This document shows positions 59,575 through 64,000 of a DNA stretch of 64,000 nucleotides, piece after piece. Each line of letters opens with the position of its first letter. Position 1 is the first letter of the stretch. The notes under the pieces were generated by a model that searched no databases, was not told the origin of the DNA, and saw only the letters and a list, made by a program, of their open reading frames with translations. The position numbers were made by a program, and so were the translations under genes. The DNA comes from Tieghemostelium lacteum (taxonomy: Eukaryota), in assembly GCA_001606155.1 (NCBI GenBank), contig LODT01000028.1, positions 406,735 through 470,734 on the forward strand, written 5' to 3'.

Positions 59575-60113
59575 ATGAAGATATATCAGGTACTATAATT
59601 GAAAAATTTCCAGTTGGTATTTTCATCATTTTATATATATATAACCAATAAACAAAAAAAAGAAATGAAATAAAGAAAAATTTAATATTTACTCATTTGA
59701 TTGTTTAATTATAGGATCAAACCTCTAATACAGTAAGAGTTGCTTTGGTAACTAATGTTAATTCATATACCAAGAATCTTACTATACATGTAAATAGAGA
59801 TAAAGTTTATACAATCTATTGTGGTTACAGAAATGGTTATTCACATAGTGGCGGAATAAAATATAATTACACTAGTTTTGAAATTGATGAATCCAGACCA
59901 AATTTACTTTTGAGTTTCTGGAAAGCCAAAGATTTTGGGTTACTTGAAAGAATCACTGATAGAAATTATCCAGTGTCATCTGTGCGTGGTAATACCTTGG
60001 TTGTCTCTTGGCCAAATAAAAATAACCATAAACAGTTTTTATCAAAATCTAATAGATTAACACCAACACAATTGGGATTGTTCAATCCCTATATGTCAAA
60101 TTACATTGGATGA
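59575..60113 (+). CDS. Hypothetical small protein with a 15-nt first exon (exons 59575..59589 and 59715..60113)
   Basis: ATGAAGATATATCAG|GTACTA...TTAATTATAG|GATCAAACC is in frame with the 122-aa ORF (MKIYQ|DQTSNTVRVALVTNVNSYTKNL...). Confidence 0.35.
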
Positions 60114-61799
60114 AAGTACAGTGTCTCCACTGGTGAATTACATTTACATTACCTGAATTTCAAAATTCAGATAATTTAATAAATTGTTGAAGATTATTCA
60201 TTAAATTATTATTTAAAAACTATTCATATTAAATTTAATGAATTGTAAGCAAAAGTGTAAATTTACCATTTTGTTTCAAGAAAATCATTGTGAGAAAGAA
60301 AATTCAATTTTTAAAGGTGTGGTGGTGATAGTAACATTGTGTTGATATTAAATTATATAGATAGTAATTTTATATATCAACCTCTTAATTAGTAGATAGT
60401 TTTTTTTAAAAAATGGTGTGGGTAGTGTGTGTTAATAAAAGACAATAACCACAAGTGACAAATCCAAAACCACACCCACAACACACCACCACACCTCAAC
60501 AAACTCTTTAATAGTGTTATTTAGAGAATAGGAAAAAAGGGGTAGAGACATGTGGAGAATTGATTAGTTTAGATTTTATTATTTTCTATCTATTTATTCA
60601 TTTTCCATTTCACATTCACACTCTATTTATATTTTAAACCAATTTAAAAGTAAACGTCTGTCTATCTTTCCATCTGTGACTTTTCAATTTTTGACCTAAA
60701 AGTAAATATCAATTATAAAAGTTAAAGTTTATTCATATAATCTAGTTGTAGAACCTCTTCATAAACTGAAAAGTTATCACATCAAAAATAGCAAGTATAG
60801 TTATAATGCAATGATTCTTTAATCACCACATTTAAAGAGTTGGTTTATTAAATTAAATTTAATGGGTGCATTAAAACATTTAATATTATCCCTGCCTTTT
60901 TAAAAACTCATAGAGATCATCATTGGTGTGGTTATTAATTAAAAACTATATGATATACATTATATTTTATACACATTGTAATGCATTATAAATTTTGTTG
61001 ATCACTTTTTGATTTTTTATAATCATTTAAAGAATGATTAAAGATAACTGACGAACCACCCTCCACCACTACTATTTTTTTAAATGTATTATATGTGATT
61101 ACTAATGATTAATAATAACTTTTAAAATGCTTGATTGTTTTTAATATTAAAATTGTTTATAATGTTTTTTTAATTTAAATTAAATTTTAAGAGATTGTGG
61201 TGTGTGGTTGTTGATATTTTTGATCATTAGATAGTATTGTGTTAGTTTACTAGGGTATCTGCAGTATAATATTTACCATCGCTCTATAAAATTTTAACCA
61301 ATTTTGGTTGAATTAAATTCAAACAGTACTGAAAATTATTTATATATAGAAAATATATAATGTAAACACTTTGTTTTAAATATTTCAAAGGCGTTTAAAG
61401 AGATATTCAGAATCATTATTCATTTTTAAAAATTAAAAATAATTTCTGTTTAACTTTAAATTTGTTGTGTATTTTTTTTACAGTATAGCTGACAATTGGA
61501 CAATCAAAAACCATTTGTAGAGTGACCCTAGAGAGACACCAACCCACACAACACTAGCTTCATTCAACTTCTTTTTTATATTTTTGTGATTCAATATAAA
61601 TTTATCAAAAATTTCATTTCATTATTAATCAAATTTGTACATTATTTAATTAATCTAAAAATATTAACTTTGTTTACTATTTTTGTATTATAACCATCAA
61701 CAGCAGTAGTAATAATAATCAAGGACCTTTTTTGTAAAATATATAATTTATCCTTAATTTTTATATATCATATATAAATATCCGAATTAGTAATAAAAA

Positions 61800-63260
61800 A
61801 TGATGTTAATGAACCAGTCACTTGCCGAAATTGTCAAACAAGGTGCTGTAGCAGTTGAAGAAGTTAAAGTTGCACAACCTAAACACCAAACACCTGGATC
61901 TACTAATAGCTCGCCAAAGAAGTCTAATCAGACACCAAATATAACTTCAAATGGGTCCAGTGACACCTACCAATACCAGTCTATGAATCCATATTATATT
62001 CAACAGACAATGTATCATGGTCAACAACCAGGATCATTTATGAAACAGATTCATGTCGTCGTCAAAAACACTCCATTTGGAATCACATTGAGAACTAATG
62101 ATATCAATAGACTGAATTTTCATAATTATGTAGTTAAAGCTACTCTTTTATATGATTCTGATCCACCAAAGTACGTAGACTTTATTCACAATGAACCATT
62201 ACAATATGTAGCTACTGTATCTGAAGATGGATCTGAAGTTACCGTTGATGTAAAAGTTGGAATATTGTCAAGTCAACACCAAGGCTCATTATTCATTGTT
62301 GTTTTGTATATAACCTATGTCAATACACCATCACCATCAAACAACGAACCAATTCCAAATATTTTATCACAAATCGGTAACAATTCCATACATAGTCTGT
62401 CACTTCAGAATCTTTGTGCAGTTTCACATCCAATTCGTATAGTTTCTAAAGTTGATCATGTAAAGAAAGAAGGTATTCCCATTTTGAAAAAGAAAACATT
62501 CCATGAGATTCTAACAGACAAATTAAAGAAACTTCAAAAGTCACAAGAACACCAAAGTAAATGGATAAAGAATCTCTATGATCAACATCACATTAGTTTT
62601 GATATGGTACCTTATAGTAGCAACCAGTCACCAACTCAACTGGGTTCCACTTTACTAGTTGCAGCCAATAGCAGTACCACATCCACTCCATTATCAGTTA
62701 AAGGAATTCAAAATAACTCATCAACATCCACACCATCATTTGACAGTATATGTCACCAAACCATGATTAAAACTGAATCTTCTGATGAATCTCAAGATTC
62801 TGATTGTGGACAACAAGATAATCAATCGACACTTGACTATTCACCATCCGTTCACCATCCCAACCCATTTTCCCATTCACCTATATCCACCGAAACCAAT
62901 TTCCAAAATTCCTTTAATCGTGTTGTAGAAGCATACAAATCAGTTCCATCCGATCAGAAACTTCAACAAATTAAACTAATGGTCAGCCTCTTAAAATCAG
63001 AGGATCTAAGTCAACTTGTAGCCACATTTATGGACGAATTAAACAAAACCCCAAACCAAACCGATAACCAACAACAACAAGTACAAAACGAAAATGATTG
63101 TCAATGTCAAGAATGCCCATCTCGATTGGAATTAGAAAAATTCCAAGGTCTTTGTATGAATTTCTTAGTACCACCAACCAACACTATTTCTCTGGGCACT
63201 AATCCATCTTTGTTGATACATGACACCAATGATTATTTGCAACTGCCAATTCAGCTATAA
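61800..63260 (+). CDS. Hypothetical Q/N/S/T-rich protein (possible nuclear regulator)
   Basis: 486-aa ORF from ATGATG at 61800. It has a structured N-terminal about 250 aa and a low-complexity C-terminal half with a CQCQECP motif. Confidence 0.45.
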   Translation: MMLMNQSLAEIVKQGAVAVEEVKVAQPKHQTPGSTNSSPKKSNQTPNITSNGSSDTYQYQSMNPYYIQQTMYHGQQPGSFMKQIHVVVKNTPFGITLRTNDINRLNFHNYVVKATLLYDSDPPKYVDFIHNEPLQYVATVSEDGSEVTVDVKVGILSSQHQGSLFIVVLYITYVNTPSPSNNEPIPNILSQIGNNSIHSLSLQNLCAVSHPIRIVSKVDHVKKEGIPILKKKTFHEILTDKLKKLQKSQEHQSKWIKNLYDQHHISFDMVPYSSNQSPTQLGSTLLVAANSSTTSTPLSVKGIQNNSSTSTPSFDSICHQTMIKTESSDESQDSDCGQQDNQSTLDYSPSVHHPNPFSHSPISTETNFQNSFNRVVEAYKSVPSDQKLQQIKLMVSLLKSEDLSQLVATFMDELNKTPNQTDNQQQQVQNENDCQCQECPSRLELEKFQGLCMNFLVPPTNTISLGTNPSLLIHDTNDYLQLPIQL

Positions 63261-63588
63261 AAAACCTAATAATAAATTTACAATAATAAGATTATTTATT
63301 AACCTCCAAAATACTCTAATTTTCCATCACAAATATGTGTTATTTTTAAGAATCTTCAAAGTTCTTTTAAAAACTTTAGTTGTTGTAACAATCTATAACA
63401 TAAAAAGTTTCAAAGAAGATATTTCACAACAAAAAAGTTAAAAAAATATTTTTTTTTTTTGATCACACATCACCCCCTTATCCAAAAATAAAAATTTTTT
63501 TTTATTTGTGAATATTTATCTCTTTTGATATTTTAGTGTATATATTTAGTAAAGGGGTATATATTTCAATATATATAAAAAATAAATC

Positions 63589-64000
63589 ATGACAACTCTT
63601 AGTGATTTAATTAATGAATTAATTAAACAAAATATCTCATTGGATGAGAAAGAAGGTTCAGATAACCATCACAGCAATAATAACAACAATGGGAATACCA
63701 ACTCTACAATTGATAATGAAAAAACTTTTAATCAATTGTCAACCTATTTACCAATCATTCCAATAAAGAACCTTGAATCATTTATTGACGACACCAAAAA
63801 TAAATTTCATGAGATTGAAAATTATTTAAATAGATCAAACATTAATAACAATAATAATAATAACAATAGTACAATTAGTAAAGATGTAAATAAACTCATT
63901 AAACAATTCTATAGAATCAACAATTCATTTTATGATACAATAAATGAATCGTCTTTAAAATATAACTCAATCATTAGAAAACAGACAACTAGTAGTAATA
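63589..64000 (+). CDS. 5' part of an Asn-rich hypothetical protein gene (runs off window end)
   Basis: ATG at 63589 (MTTLSDLINELIKQNISLDEKEGS...). The frame stays open to position 64000. Confidence 0.4.
   Translation, partial: MTTLSDLINELIKQNISLDEKEGSDNHHSNNNNNGNTNSTIDNEKTFNQLSTYLPIIPIKNLESFIDDTKNKFHEIENYLNRSNINNNNNNNNSTISKDVNKLIKQFYRINNSFYDTINESSLKYNSIIRKQTTSSN

Overview
AT-rich, intron-poor eukaryotic DNA with Asn/Gln/Ser-rich coding tracts and short AT-rich introns (GTAAGT/GTATGT...AG). This is typical of a dictyostelid social-amoeba nuclear chromosome. There are about 35 protein-coding genes on both strands and no rRNA, tRNA or CRISPR features. Several introns were worked out by hand, including micro-exons of 13 and 15 nt; phases check, but none is confirmed by transcript data. 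Housekeeping genes recognised from conserved motifs: Imp4/Brix, a TM-RING RNF121-like protein, a PA14 Psi-family surface protein, ATP11, SAP-domain PNKP, PRC1/Ase1, the debranching enzyme Dbr1, flavin-dependent thymidylate synthase ThyX, a TPR protein, a Pho80-like cyclin, a class-II glutamine amidotransferase, the DDX11/ChlR1 helicase and cyclin K. Most notable is a roughly 2600-aa vault-PARP (PARP4) orthologue (BRCT, PARP catalytic H-Y-E, VIT, vWA). Its C-terminal extension carries a WASP-like CRIB, polyproline, WH2 and central/acidic (CA) module, FG repeats, a poly-Asn tract and three ribosomal-P-stalk-like DMGFSLFD motifs. Next to it lie a prokaryote-type AAA+ ATPase plus PD-(D/E)xK nuclease pseudogene embedded in a birth-and-death cluster of LRR paralogues, and a 1208-aa protein with a defence-type SIR2_2 sirtuin-like domain. 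Other points: an integrase H2C2-like zinc-finger remnant in a cellular ORF; two apparent homopolymer frameshifts (DDX11, and a GPI-type surface protein); tandem coding minisatellites.
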